The translations under genes and the position numbers were made by a program. Positions 19,792 through 29,425 of a DNA stretch of 64,000 nucleotides are shown in pieces. Position 1 is the stretch's first letter. Every line of letters begins with the position of its first letter. The notes beneath the pieces were generated by a model. The model was not told where the DNA came from. It made no database searches and saw only the letters and a program-made list of their open reading frames with translations. This DNA comes from Waterburya sp. (lineage in GTDB: Bacteria > Cyanobacteriota > Cyanobacteriia > Cyanobacteriales > Xenococcaceae): positions 2,464,001 through 2,528,000 of the forward strand of contig CBDCJV010000002.1 in assembly GCA_965217895.1 (NCBI GenBank). Reading direction: 5' to 3'.

Positions 19792-21666
19792 TTAGGTTAA
19801 TTGTTTAGCAGTTGTCATCAATAAATATCTATCTACCGCATCTTTATCTAAAAGTTTAGAAATCAAATATCCTTGTCCTTGATCGCAACCCAAGTTTTTA
19901 AGCAAATTTAGTTGAAAATTGTTTTCGATGCCTGTGGCTGTAACCACCATATTCATTTGATGAGCGATCGCAATAATTTGCTTTAACAGTAGCGTGGTCG
20001 ATTTTTCCTGTTCTAAATTAGGAGTTGCTTGACCAATGTGAGCAATTAAAGAGCGATCTATCGACAATTCATCAAAGGGAAAACGATGGAGGCAGGTTAA
20101 AGACGAATAACCCGAACCAAAATTGTCTAAACAAAGTTTTACGCGACGTTTTTTTAACTCCCGCAAAATACTCAAGGTATTTTGAGGCTGTTCTAGCAAA
20201 ACCGTTTCAGCGATATCAAATTTAATCTGCTTTCCCTGAATTTTGATTTTGCGCAAAATCATATCAACTTTATCAACCAAACTAGAATGAAAAAGCTGTT
20301 TAGCCGATAGGTTAATACAAATTCCTAAGTCGTTTTGATTTTTATGGTTATGTTGCCAATGTTTAATATGTTGACAGGCTTGTTTTAAAACTAAATTGCC
20401 GATCGCATTCATCAATCCCATATCTTCGGCTGTAACAATAAAATCTTGGGGCAGAATAACTCCTTGTTGGGGGTGATGCCAACGAACCAAAGCTTCTAAT
20501 TCCACAATTTGCTGGTTTGCTAAAGATATGATGGGTAGATAATAATTGACAAATTCCTGGCGTTGAATTGCCTGTTTTAAGCTCATTTCATGATTTGCCA
20601 ACTCCCGATCTTCTTGAAGCTGAATATACATCTCTGGCTTAAACACCTGATAGCGATCGCCTTCTAAGTCTTTTGCCTGCTGCATGGCAATATCAGCATC
20701 ATTAAATAGACGATCTATATCTTGATAATCTTGATTGCCAATTACTATACCCATGTTGGCATTGATTAAGATTTTTCTTTGTTTAATTACAAAGGGAGTA
20801 GTTAGCTTTTGTCTAATTTTTTCAACTACAGCGATCGCCTCATTCACATTACGAATATTATCTAAAAAAATAGCAAACTCATCTCCTTCTAAGCGACTAA
20901 GTAAGGCTGAATCAGGTAAGCAAGAGTCTAGTCCATGGGCGATCGCCATTAACAGTTGATTGGTTTCAACATTACTGATGGTGCGTTTAATGGTCTTAAA
21001 GCGATCGCATTCTAATAAGATTACGGCAAAATAATAATTAGGCTGCTGTCCCGTAACTTTCAGTGCCTGCTTAAGACGACTGACAAGAGAATTGCGATTG
21101 CCAAAGCCAGTGATCGGATCATTTAGAGCCATTTTCAACAGTCGATCCTGAGCCTGTTGACGGCGATTGACCTCTTCTTGTAACTGCTGATTGCTGTTTT
21201 CGAGTTCAGCAGTACGCTCTTTTACCTTTTGCTCTAGTTGATTATTAAGCTCAATAATTTTACTATTGTTGGAGTTGATGGTAATTTGATTGGCAACTCT
21301 AACTACTACCTCTTTGATTTCAAAAGGCTTATTAATGTAGTCTACGCCACCAACTTTAAAGGCTCTTTTCTTGTTGGCAAAATCATCTAAAGCACTGATA
21401 AAGATGACAGGAATATCTTTAGTTTGAGCATCAGCTTTAAGTTGCTCACACACCTGATAACCATCCATTTCTGGCATCTGAATATCTAATAAAATCAAAT
21501 CAGCCCAACCAGATCGAGCAATTTCTATTGCTTCAGAGCCATTGTTAATACAACGAGTTTGATAACCTCGCTTATTTAGAATAGCGGCGAGTAACTCTAA
21601 ATTATCTAGAGTATCATCAACAATCAAAAGATTTGCTTGGGGTTTTTCAGTCTGATTAGTGTTCAA
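19792..21666 (-). CDS. Response regulator with REC-GGDEF-EAL domains (degenerate motifs)
   Basis: REC (LIVDD, LLDIQMP, KP); GGDEF motif reads EGDEF; EAL present but DNFGSGYSSL. Confidence 0.9.
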   Translation of the reverse strand: MNTNQTEKPQANLLIVDDTLDNLELLAAILNKRGYQTRCINNGSEAIEIARSGWADLILLDIQMPEMDGYQVCEQLKADAQTKDIPVIFISALDDFANKKRAFKVGGVDYINKPFEIKEVVVRVANQITINSNNSKIIELNNQLEQKVKERTAELENSNQQLQEEVNRRQQAQDRLLKMALNDPITGFGNRNSLVSRLKQALKVTGQQPNYYFAVILLECDRFKTIKRTISNVETNQLLMAIAHGLDSCLPDSALLSRLEGDEFAIFLDNIRNVNEAIAVVEKIRQKLTTPFVIKQRKILINANMGIVIGNQDYQDIDRLFNDADIAMQQAKDLEGDRYQVFKPEMYIQLQEDRELANHEMSLKQAIQRQEFVNYYLPIISLANQQIVELEALVRWHHPQQGVILPQDFIVTAEDMGLMNAIGNLVLKQACQHIKHWQHNHKNQNDLGICINLSAKQLFHSSLVDKVDMILRKIKIQGKQIKFDIAETVLLEQPQNTLSILRELKKRRVKLCLDNFGSGYSSLTCLHRFPFDELSIDRSLIAHIGQATPNLEQEKSTTLLLKQIIAIAHQMNMVVTATGIENNFQLNLLKNLGCDQGQGYLISKLLDKDAVDRYLLMTTAKQLT

Positions 21667-21764
21667 GAAACCATTTATAAGGAATGTTTTTTAGGTGTGT
21701 AAATTTATAGTTCCCGAAAATCATTTGAAGCTATCATCATATTGGTTATAAGTTTTAGTTTATG

Positions 21765-21792
21765 AGCGTGGTTCAGAATCTAGAACCACGCT
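21765..21792. terminator. Hairpin between queA and the REC-GGDEF-EAL gene
   Basis: AGCGTGGTTC-N8-GAACCACGCT, adjacent to a second stem GCTGATTGG...CCAATCAGC. Confidence 0.45.
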
Positions 21793-21837
21793 GATTGGGT
21801 CGTAAGCAGGCGAGCCAATCAGCCTCACTGTCCCAAC

Positions 21838-22947
21838 TTAATCTTGTACGGCTATAGCCGTGGGTAAAATTAGCATTCCATCGCCAAAGGAATAAAAACG
21901 GTAATTAAGAGCGATCGCCTGCTGATATAGATCCAGTAAACGTTTCCTGCCAATTAAGGCACTTACCAGCATCAATAAGCTAGAGCCTGGTAAATGAAAA
22001 TTAGTAATTAAACCATCTATTATCTGCCATTGATAACCTGGATAGATAAATAAATCAGTCTTGCCTCGAAAAGGCTGTAAAATATTTCCCGACTCGGCAG
22101 CTATTTTGGCTGCTCCTTCTAATGCCCTAGTTGCGGTTGTTCCTACGGCAAATACTCTCCCGCCTCTGGCTTTTGTCGCTAAAACTCGATCGACCGTAGC
22201 TTGGCTAACTTCAATCCATTCTTGGTGCATGGAGTGCTGGAGAATATTTTCCGACTCTATAGGGCGAAAAGTACCAATTCCTACGTGGAGAGTAATAGAA
22301 GTTTGAGCAATACCCTGCTGCTGTAATCTGGATAATAATTCGGTCGTAAAATGTAATCCCGCAGTGGGAGCAGCGATCGCTCCTAGCTGTTGAGCATATA
22401 CTGTTTGGTAGCGATCGCGATCGGCTTCTCGATCGGTAATATAGGGCGGTAAAGGTAGCTCTCCGTAGTCCTCTAAAAAATGCCACAATGACTTGTTTTC
22501 AGGTAGCTCAAATCGCAAAATTCTCCCCCCTGTTGCTTCGTCTGTGGCAACTACAGTCGCTTTTAGCTGAAAACCTGCTATTGCCTGATTATTATTCTGT
22601 GGCTCGAAAATAAATTTTGCCCCAGGAGTAAAGCGTTTACCTGGCTTAACTAAAGCCAACCAGCAGTTGTCTAATCTTTCTTCAATTAGTAAAATTTCAA
22701 CTTTAGAACCACTAATTTTATGACCGTGTAGACGAGCAGGAATTACACGGGTGTTGTTGAGAACCAATAAATCCCCTGATTTAAGCCAATGGGGCAAATC
22801 GTGAAAATTTTTATGAACACAAGCTGTCGGTGAATCTACTATCAGCAAACGAGAACTGTCTCTGGGAATTGCAGGCGTTTGCGCAATCAGCTTTTGAGGT
22901 AGATGATAATTATAATTAGACAGTAAAAAATCCTGATTCATTTTCAT
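21838..22947 (-). CDS. queA: S-adenosylmethionine:tRNA ribosyltransferase-isomerase
   Basis: [48 protein letters not shown]. Confidence 0.97.
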   Translation of the reverse strand: MKMNQDFLLSNYNYHLPQKLIAQTPAIPRDSSRLLIVDSPTACVHKNFHDLPHWLKSGDLLVLNNTRVIPARLHGHKISGSKVEILLIEERLDNCWLALVKPGKRFTPGAKFIFEPQNNNQAIAGFQLKATVVATDEATGGRILRFELPENKSLWHFLEDYGELPLPPYITDREADRDRYQTVYAQQLGAIAAPTAGLHFTTELLSRLQQQGIAQTSITLHVGIGTFRPIESENILQHSMHQEWIEVSQATVDRVLATKARGGRVFAVGTTATRALEGAAKIAAESGNILQPFRGKTDLFIYPGYQWQIIDGLITNFHLPGSSLLMLVSALIGRKRLLDLYQQAIALNYRFYSFGDGMLILPTAIAVQD

Positions 22948-23082
22948 TTATTAGTTCATTTTAAGCGATCGCTATTGGGTAATATCCCCCATAAGAAATT
23001 TAAAAGATCGGGTGCTTTTCCCCTAGCGCAACTGACCTATTCATTGTCAAACTATAGATAAGCCTCAGTGAAAATGGTGTTT

Positions 23083-23472
23083 ATGGATTATCTTTTTTTT
23101 CTGGCAAATGCCAGCGTAACTCTCAGAACGATTGATTATCTCCTCAATATGGAGCATACATCAAACGCTTGTTTAACTGTAATTCATCAAATAGACGGTT
23201 GGATTGTTAAAATTCGTTTTCCCCAAGCTCTTGAACCTAGACTGCATGGAAACTTTAAAGCTTTTATGTCCGAACTAGGTATTGCTTATGAACCAGAGAT
23301 GCGAATTAAAATGGTGTTTTGGAGCTTAGAAACAGGTCAATCTCCTGTAGAAGTAATGCGTCGCTACCAGGTGGCAGTGGTTTCTCACGGCAAACCCGAT
23401 ACTAAAGATATCGAGGCATTCCGTCAGCAGTTTACCAGGGGATTGGGTTACTGTCCAGAAACTTTAGCTTAG
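23083..23472 (+). CDS. Conserved cyanobacterial hypothetical protein
   Basis: MDYLFFLANAS...GLGYCPETLA; compact ORF followed by a terminator. Start 23068 or 23083. Confidence 0.75.
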   Translation: MDYLFFLANASVTLRTIDYLLNMEHTSNACLTVIHQIDGWIVKIRFPQALEPRLHGNFKAFMSELGIAYEPEMRIKMVFWSLETGQSPVEVMRRYQVAVVSHGKPDTKDIEAFRQQFTRGLGYCPETLA

Positions 23473-23501
23473 ATAATTTGTCTCGCGCAAAGAAAACAAC
23501 C

Positions 23502-23538
23502 AATAAAAAAGGTGAGCTAATTACTCACCTTTTTTATT
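23502..23538. terminator. Bidirectional rho-independent terminator
   Basis: AATAAAAAAGGTGAG-CTAATTA-CTCACCTTTTTTATT between convergent genes. Confidence 0.85.
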
Positions 23539-23579
23539 AATTTATCAAATGATTGACCACTAACTACTAACTTTTTTAT

Positions 23580-25940
23580 TTAACGAGTTGCTTCTACCAA
23601 AACTTGCTCTTGTACAGCAGAGACGGTAGTATTGCCATCTTCATCAATATCAACTAAGGCATTATCGCCATCGTTGACGCGACCTGTAAGAATCGCTTCG
23701 GCTAAACTATCTTCCAATAGACGCATAATTGCTCTACGCAGAGGTCTTGCACCATAGCTAGGATCGAAGCCTTGGTCAATTACCTTATCTTCAAAGGCAG
23801 AGGTTACACCAATGGTAATTTGTCTTTGTTCTTCTAGTCTGCTCGATATCTCGTCAAGCAAAATACTGGCAATTTGTCTGACTTCGGGTTTGGTTAACTG
23901 ACGGAAGACAATAATTTCATCCAGACGGTTAATAAATTCAGGACGGAAATAGTTTTTCAATTCCTGATTAACTAAATCTTTGATGCGGTTGTATTGTGCG
24001 TCATCTTTATCGCCAGAGAAATCGAAACCTAAACCAGTACCACCTTTTTCGATTACTTTAGAACCGATATTAGAGGTCATGATAATTACAGTATTCTTAA
24101 AGCTAACCACCCGTCCTTGAGCATCGGTCAGACGACCATCATCAAGTAGCTGTAGCATTAAGTTAAAGACATCGGGATGAGCCTTTTCAATCTCATCAAA
24201 TAAGACAATCGTGTAAGGTTGACGACGTACTGCTTCAGTTAGCTGTCCACCTTCGTCATAACCGACGAATCCTGGAGGAGAACCAATAAGCTTCGATACG
24301 GTATGGGATTCCATGTACTCAGACATATCTACCCGCACGATTGCCTCATCAGAACCAAACATTTGTACTGCTAAAGCTTTTGCTAGTTCAGTTTTACCTA
24401 CCCCTGTAGGACCAGAGAAGAACAGACTAGCAATAGGTCTATTGCGATCGCCTAATCCAGAACGAGAGCGACGTAAGGCACGAGAAACGGCTCGTACAGC
24501 CTCATCCTGACCAATTACTCTCTCGTGTAAGTTGTCTTCTAAGTACATTAAGGCTTCGGATTCTGTTTCCGTCATTTTAGTGACGGGTACGCTAGTCCAA
24601 GCAGCAACTATCTTAGCGATCGCTTCTTCATCAACCACAGGAGTCAATGCCTGGGGATTAATAGTCGGCACATCAGATTTTTCTTCATCCTGCTGCAAAC
24701 AGTGATTTAGATGAGTCCGAGAACCAGCTTCGTCAATTAAGTCAATTGCTTTGTCGGGTAAAAAGCGATCGCTGATATATCTTTCAGAAAAAGTTACCGC
24801 AGCTTCGATAGCTGCATCGGTATATTTGACCTTGTGAAAATCTTCGTAAGTTTTGCGTAAACCCTGAAGAATAGCGATCGCATCTTCGACTGAAGGCTCA
24901 CCAATCGTTACTTTTTGGAAACGACGTTCTAAAGCAGCATCTCGCTCGATGTGCTGACGAAATTCATCTAGAGTAGTGCTACCAAGACATTGAATTTCGC
25001 CTCTGGCTAAAGCTGGCTTGAGCATATTGGCAGCGTCCATTGCCCCGCCCATTGCTCCGGCACCTACAATAGTATGGATTTCGTCAATTACCAGAATTAT
25101 ATTGCCCGCAGCACGAACTTCTTCGACAATTGACTTAAGGCGTTCTTCAAATTCACCTCTAAACTTAGTCCCTGCTAGCAGCGAACCCATGTCCAAACTG
25201 ATAACTTCTTTATCTTCTAAAAGAGAAGAAACATCACCATCGACAATGCGTTGAGCAAGTCCTTCGGCGATCGCCGTTTTGCCTACGCCTGGTTCTCCAA
25301 CTAGAATCGGGTTGTTTTTAGTGCGTCTGCCCAATATTTGAACTGCGCGTTCGATTTCTGGATATCTGCCGATCACAGGGTCTAGTTTCCCCTCTCTAGC
25401 CAGTTCAGTCAGGTTGATACTAAACTCTTTGAGCTTGGTAGCTTTTTCTCTACCCCCACCAAAACCGAAGGGATTTTCTTTAGTAGCCGTCGCTGCGACT
25501 GTCTCGGCTTCACCTAACTTTTTGATAATGTCTGTGCGTAGCTGTCTGAGATCGACATCTTGTTTGGTCAACAGCTTGGCAGCCATATTATCAGGATGCT
25601 TAACAATTGCCAGTAAGATATGTTCTGGACTGATAAAATTACTCTTTAACTGACGTGCTTCATTAAAAGCTTGCTCGAGAATTCTTTTGGCTTTTGGTGT
25701 AAAGGGAATATTAGCAGGGATAAACCCAGAACCTTTGCCCACAAACTCAATGGCTAGTTCTCTGGTTCTTGCCGAATTAACGCCAAAATTTGCCAGTAAT
25801 TCTGCTGCCTTAGATGTTCCCTCCCCAATCACCCCCAACAAAATATGTTCTGTCCCGACAAGATTGTGTCCAGTATTTCTGGCTTCCTCTTGGGCGAGTA
25901 CAACGTTTTTAATAGCTTTCTCATTGAAGTATTCAAACAT
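23580..25940 (-). CDS. clpC: ClpC-family AAA+ chaperone (paralog with a short middle domain)
   Basis: Clp_N repeats, [29 protein letters not shown] ClpP-docking loop, YGARPLRR. Confidence 0.85.
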   Translation of the reverse strand: MFEYFNEKAIKNVVLAQEEARNTGHNLVGTEHILLGVIGEGTSKAAELLANFGVNSARTRELAIEFVGKGSGFIPANIPFTPKAKRILEQAFNEARQLKSNFISPEHILLAIVKHPDNMAAKLLTKQDVDLRQLRTDIIKKLGEAETVAATATKENPFGFGGGREKATKLKEFSINLTELAREGKLDPVIGRYPEIERAVQILGRRTKNNPILVGEPGVGKTAIAEGLAQRIVDGDVSSLLEDKEVISLDMGSLLAGTKFRGEFEERLKSIVEEVRAAGNIILVIDEIHTIVGAGAMGGAMDAANMLKPALARGEIQCLGSTTLDEFRQHIERDAALERRFQKVTIGEPSVEDAIAILQGLRKTYEDFHKVKYTDAAIEAAVTFSERYISDRFLPDKAIDLIDEAGSRTHLNHCLQQDEEKSDVPTINPQALTPVVDEEAIAKIVAAWTSVPVTKMTETESEALMYLEDNLHERVIGQDEAVRAVSRALRRSRSGLGDRNRPIASLFFSGPTGVGKTELAKALAVQMFGSDEAIVRVDMSEYMESHTVSKLIGSPPGFVGYDEGGQLTEAVRRQPYTIVLFDEIEKAHPDVFNLMLQLLDDGRLTDAQGRVVSFKNTVIIMTSNIGSKVIEKGGTGLGFDFSGDKDDAQYNRIKDLVNQELKNYFRPEFINRLDEIIVFRQLTKPEVRQIASILLDEISSRLEEQRQITIGVTSAFEDKVIDQGFDPSYGARPLRRAIMRLLEDSLAEAILTGRVNDGDNALVDIDEDGNTTVSAVQEQVLVEATR

Positions 25941-26107
25941 CGTTTAAAAGACTCCTCTTCTTTAGTATTAACATTTCTTTATCTTCTCTATTTAATTTAT
26001 CTTTTTTAGTTATCAATATGTAGTGGTAAAAGCCGTAACCTTTATTCTACATTTTGCTTAATTAATCGTAATATCTTCAATTATTGTAGACTACCAAACC
26101 TCACCCT

Positions 26108-26716
26108 ATGTACGACGAAGGATATATCAAATATCAATGCCACTGGCAAAATCAACCATCGATTAATGAAAAGGAAATTGTCGAGTTAAATCAATGGCGA
26201 AACCAGCTATATCAGCTAGGTTTAATCGGCAAATACGATAACGGAATTGGTTTTGGTAATCTGAGTGTTCGTATTCCTCAATCTCAAAATATCATCATTT
26301 CAGGCACCCAAACGGGGGGAATTGCCGAACTCACCGCGCGACACTATACCAAAGTTACTGATTTTAACTGGCACAAAAATTATGTCACCTGTAAAGGTCT
26401 AATTAAAGCCTCTTCTGAGACTTTAACTCATGGTGCAATTTACGTTGCCCAACCTCAAGTAAATGCTGTAGTTCATGTTCATCATGCAGACTTATGGCGT
26501 AAATTAATAAATCATGTCCCCACTACCAATTCCAATTGCGCCTATGGCACACCAGAAATGGCAGAGGAAATTATTAGGCTGTGTCAGCAAAAAGAAGCTC
26601 AAACACAGAAAATTATCGTTATGAGTGGTCATAAGGAGGGCATTCTCACCTTTGGCAAAAGCCTCAGCGAAGCAGGTAATGTGCTGTTAAACTTTTTTGG
26701 CGTGCAAGATCTTTAA
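26108..26716 (+). CDS. Class II aldolase/adducin-family protein
   Basis: GFGNLSVR, ASSETLTH, VVHVHH, YGTPEMA. Confidence 0.85.
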   Translation: MYDEGYIKYQCHWQNQPSINEKEIVELNQWRNQLYQLGLIGKYDNGIGFGNLSVRIPQSQNIIISGTQTGGIAELTARHYTKVTDFNWHKNYVTCKGLIKASSETLTHGAIYVAQPQVNAVVHVHHADLWRKLINHVPTTNSNCAYGTPEMAEEIIRLCQQKEAQTQKIIVMSGHKEGILTFGKSLSEAGNVLLNFFGVQDL

Positions 26717-26731
26717 AAAATTAACCTAAAT

Positions 26732-27463
26732 TTGGCTAGAATAAGCAAAACTCAATATTCTAATATTACTAAATACTACAAATTGATTAATAAATTTTAT
26801 CGACGAAAATATCAGCTAGGAATATTTTCGTTTTTGATGGCGATCGCCTTAATTTCAAGTGTTGTATTTAGTCCTGTAGCTACAGCTAGACTGTTCGATG
26901 GGCCAGTAGATATTTTGCCTTTGGAACAGAGGGTTTCTTTGCGAGACGGCGAAGTTGTTTTTTTGGGAACAGACGGTAAGTACACCTGTCGTATACTCGT
27001 AAAATCTTCAGTAGATACTGCTTGGAAAGTTATCACTGATTACGGTCACTTTGCCGAATTTCTGCCAGGGGTTATAAGTAGCCGAGTGGTGGAAAAACTT
27101 GGCGATCGCCAAGTTTTTGAACAGATTAATAAAATCAAGACTTTTGTTTTTAGTATTGAGTCGCGAGTGAAAATTGCCACCAGGGAGTATTATCCCAAGC
27201 AAATTACTTTTCAGGCAGTAGGTGGAGATTTAAAAACCTTAAATGGAGAATGGATTTTAGAGCCAGTAGCTACTTCCCCCAGCCTTCCCCCCGACAAAGT
27301 TTTAATGACCTATAAGGTAACGGTAAAACCTGCTAAAGTACCTAGTGATATATTTTTCGGCATCTATGAAAAACGCTTGCAAGAAACCATAATAGCAATT
27401 AAACAAGAAACAGAAAAACGTTCAGGTAAGGAGGAAGAATCCATCAACTCAACCAAAAGTTGA
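26732..27463 (+). CDS. SRPBCC/polyketide cyclase-dehydrase family protein
   Basis: AWKVITDYGHFAEFLPG, GDLKTLNGEW; N-terminal hydrophobic segment; start uncertain. Confidence 0.75.
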   Translation: MARISKTQYSNITKYYKLINKFYRRKYQLGIFSFLMAIALISSVVFSPVATARLFDGPVDILPLEQRVSLRDGEVVFLGTDGKYTCRILVKSSVDTAWKVITDYGHFAEFLPGVISSRVVEKLGDRQVFEQINKIKTFVFSIESRVKIATREYYPKQITFQAVGGDLKTLNGEWILEPVATSPSLPPDKVLMTYKVTVKPAKVPSDIFFGIYEKRLQETIIAIKQETEKRSGKEEESINSTKS

Positions 27464-27802
27464 CTCATTCCAGCCCCACATATAGCCTTTGGCATCAGCA
27501 AATTCAATATAGATGCGGCTAGTTGGAACGCTTAATTTCTCACTAATTTGCTGACAAAAATCTTGGCTCATGGTTTTGGTTTGAGATGAACTCATATTGC
27601 CAACACTTTTGATCTCCACATAGCAAACAGGCTCGAATGTACCTGCAAAAGTCATGGGTACATCGGCTTCAAAAGCTGTCATCACATAAGATTCTGGCTT
27701 GCCAAGGTGTTCGGCTAGCTTTGCCGATAGTCCCGTTAACAAGCTGGCAACTGCTGTACTTTCAGGCTGGGAGACAGAAGACTGAACTTTTATTAAAGGC
27801 AT
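27449..27802 (-). CDS. MIF/phenylpyruvate tautomerase-family protein
   Basis: Catalytic Pro after Met (MPLIKV), LGKPESYVM, EIKSVG, WGWNESTF. Confidence 0.9.
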   Translation of the reverse strand: MPLIKVQSSVSQPESTAVASLLTGLSAKLAEHLGKPESYVMTAFEADVPMTFAGTFEPVCYVEIKSVGNMSSSQTKTMSQDFCQQISEKLSVPTSRIYIEFADAKGYMWGWNESTFG

Positions 27803-27813
27803 AATAATTTTTT

Positions 27814-27927
27814 GGCGTTAATGATTAAAAGTATGAAACCGCTAATAGTACTATTCGTAGCTTTTGGCTTTCGATCATTATCATAAGAACGATGATTTAG
27901 ATCATCATACCTCGATTCCCCAACGCC
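27814..27927. mobile_element. MITE with GGCGTT...AACGCC termini just upstream of the MIF gene
   Basis: Left GGCGTTAATGATTAAAAGTATGA, right TCATACCTCGATTCCCCAACGCC. The right end matches the reverse complement of 61727-61749 at 20/23. Confidence 0.6.
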
Positions 27928-28111
27928 GATTTTCTTACTTTAGATCCTGGGTTTCGATCTTGTCATAATTGATAAATTAATGTGGTCTACCCAATTGAAA
28001 ATTGCTGTAAAAGCGATCGCTGCTAGGCGAGCAAACAAAAGTGAAATTAAAATGTCTATTTCAGTAGTTAAAAGTAAAGTAGGGAATAGAGAATAATTAA
28101 ACAATCATTAC

Positions 28112-28678
28112 TTAACGACAATTATCTGCCCTCGCATCTAATAAAGTTTGGTTTACTTGGTATTCTTCAAGGTTCACTTGGCGATCGAGTAAAGCAATAC
28201 TGGCTGCTTGAGAAAGTGCTGTTGTTGCTACATCTGCATCTAAGTCTTTGACTAAGCGATCTATAGACTCATCCAGTCCTAGTCTCTGTAACAGAAAATG
28301 AATTTCTGACCACTCAATAGCGCGGTCGGGATTACTTATTTGAATAGCATAGGCAAGAATACGTTGATATTTCGTTTCTTGGTCGGGGGGAATCAAACTA
28401 GAGTGAAAATCAGCAGTTATTTCTGTTGTTTCTGAAGAGTCTTGACTAAGATTGACCAAGATTTCTTGCCAGTCAGTGCGATTGCTATTCTCAGGCTGAT
28501 CTACAGTGATTGACACTTTAATTTTGTCTTTTACTGCATCTAGTTGAGTAACTTTGGCTTCTACTCCTAAAAAACCTAATCATTTGGCAATAGTTTTGAT
28601 CAAAGTTATTTTGGTTGCTTTGCTTTTAGCCAACAAACTGATTTGAGTGACCATCGGACGGACTATTTGGGAAAGCAT
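28112..28678 (-). pseudogene. Hypothetical protein gene interrupted by an in-frame TGA
   Basis: ATG at 28678 is in frame with the 134-aa ORF: MLSQIVRPMVTQ...TIAK*LGFLGVEAKV..., single stop at 28580-28582. Confidence 0.7.
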
Positions 28679-28828
28679 ATATCGTAGTTTTCTCTAGTTT
28701 TAGAAAGTGATGGAGTTTGATTGAGTAGTAAATACGAGGAATGGATAAATTGCTTTCATTTTATGTTGAATTGAAAATTAATATATTAATATCTTGATAA
28801 ATCTCGATCAATAATTATCAGTTCTTTA

Positions 28829-29053
28829 TTATTTACTACGCGAACCTTTAGTTAAGTAAGCTAAAGTAAATGTGCTTAAAAATATCATAGACATAGAATA
28901 AAAATTATTGATGCTGGCAGCAGTAATTAATACTACAAAAACTACTAAATATTTACATTTAAGATCAAAAATTGTAATATTACCTAATAATGACCCATCT
29001 TTTTGCTGACGAAAATTGCAATTTAATCTACTAATTATTTTTTCTCTCTTCAT
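28829..29053 (-). CDS. Small hypothetical membrane protein
   Basis: Two hydrophobic segments, same strand as the RND operon; very AT-rich, weak support. Confidence 0.4.
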   Translation of the reverse strand: MKREKIISRLNCNFRQQKDGSLLGNITIFDLKCKYLVVFVVLITAASINNFYSMSMIFLSTFTLAYLTKGSRSK

Positions 29054-29104
29054 TTTTTATTTATTTCTTACTTTGATACATTCATTACGTTTACTAAGTG
29101 ACAA

Positions 29105-29302
29105 TTAGTCTGTCTCTTCGCGATCGCGATTTTGCTGCATTGCTTCATAACCAACGCCGATCGCAAAACCCAGCCCAGACCCCACTACAATGGCAGCGGG
29201 TCTTCTAGACTCTTTCTCGGCAATATGGGCAACTACTAATCCTAATAAAGCACCACACAAGGCGGTCATGATTCCTGAGAAAATTAGCATTCTAATATTC
29301 AT
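29105..29302 (-). CDS. Small two-TM membrane protein downstream of the RND genes
   Basis: MNIRMLIFSGIMTALCGALLG...GLGFAIGVG, Gly-rich helices. Confidence 0.7.
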   Translation of the reverse strand: MNIRMLIFSGIMTALCGALLGLVVAHIAEKESRRPAAIVVGSGLGFAIGVGYEAMQQNRDREETD

Positions 29303-29425
29303 AGTTTTAAAAAGTTATAAAAATACAAACGAACAAATTAAGATGACAATTGTTAGAAAAAACAAGCCATTATTCATCCAGTCATTAAGATTCCATTCTT
29401 TAAACATTTTGTTAATTGTTAGCTG

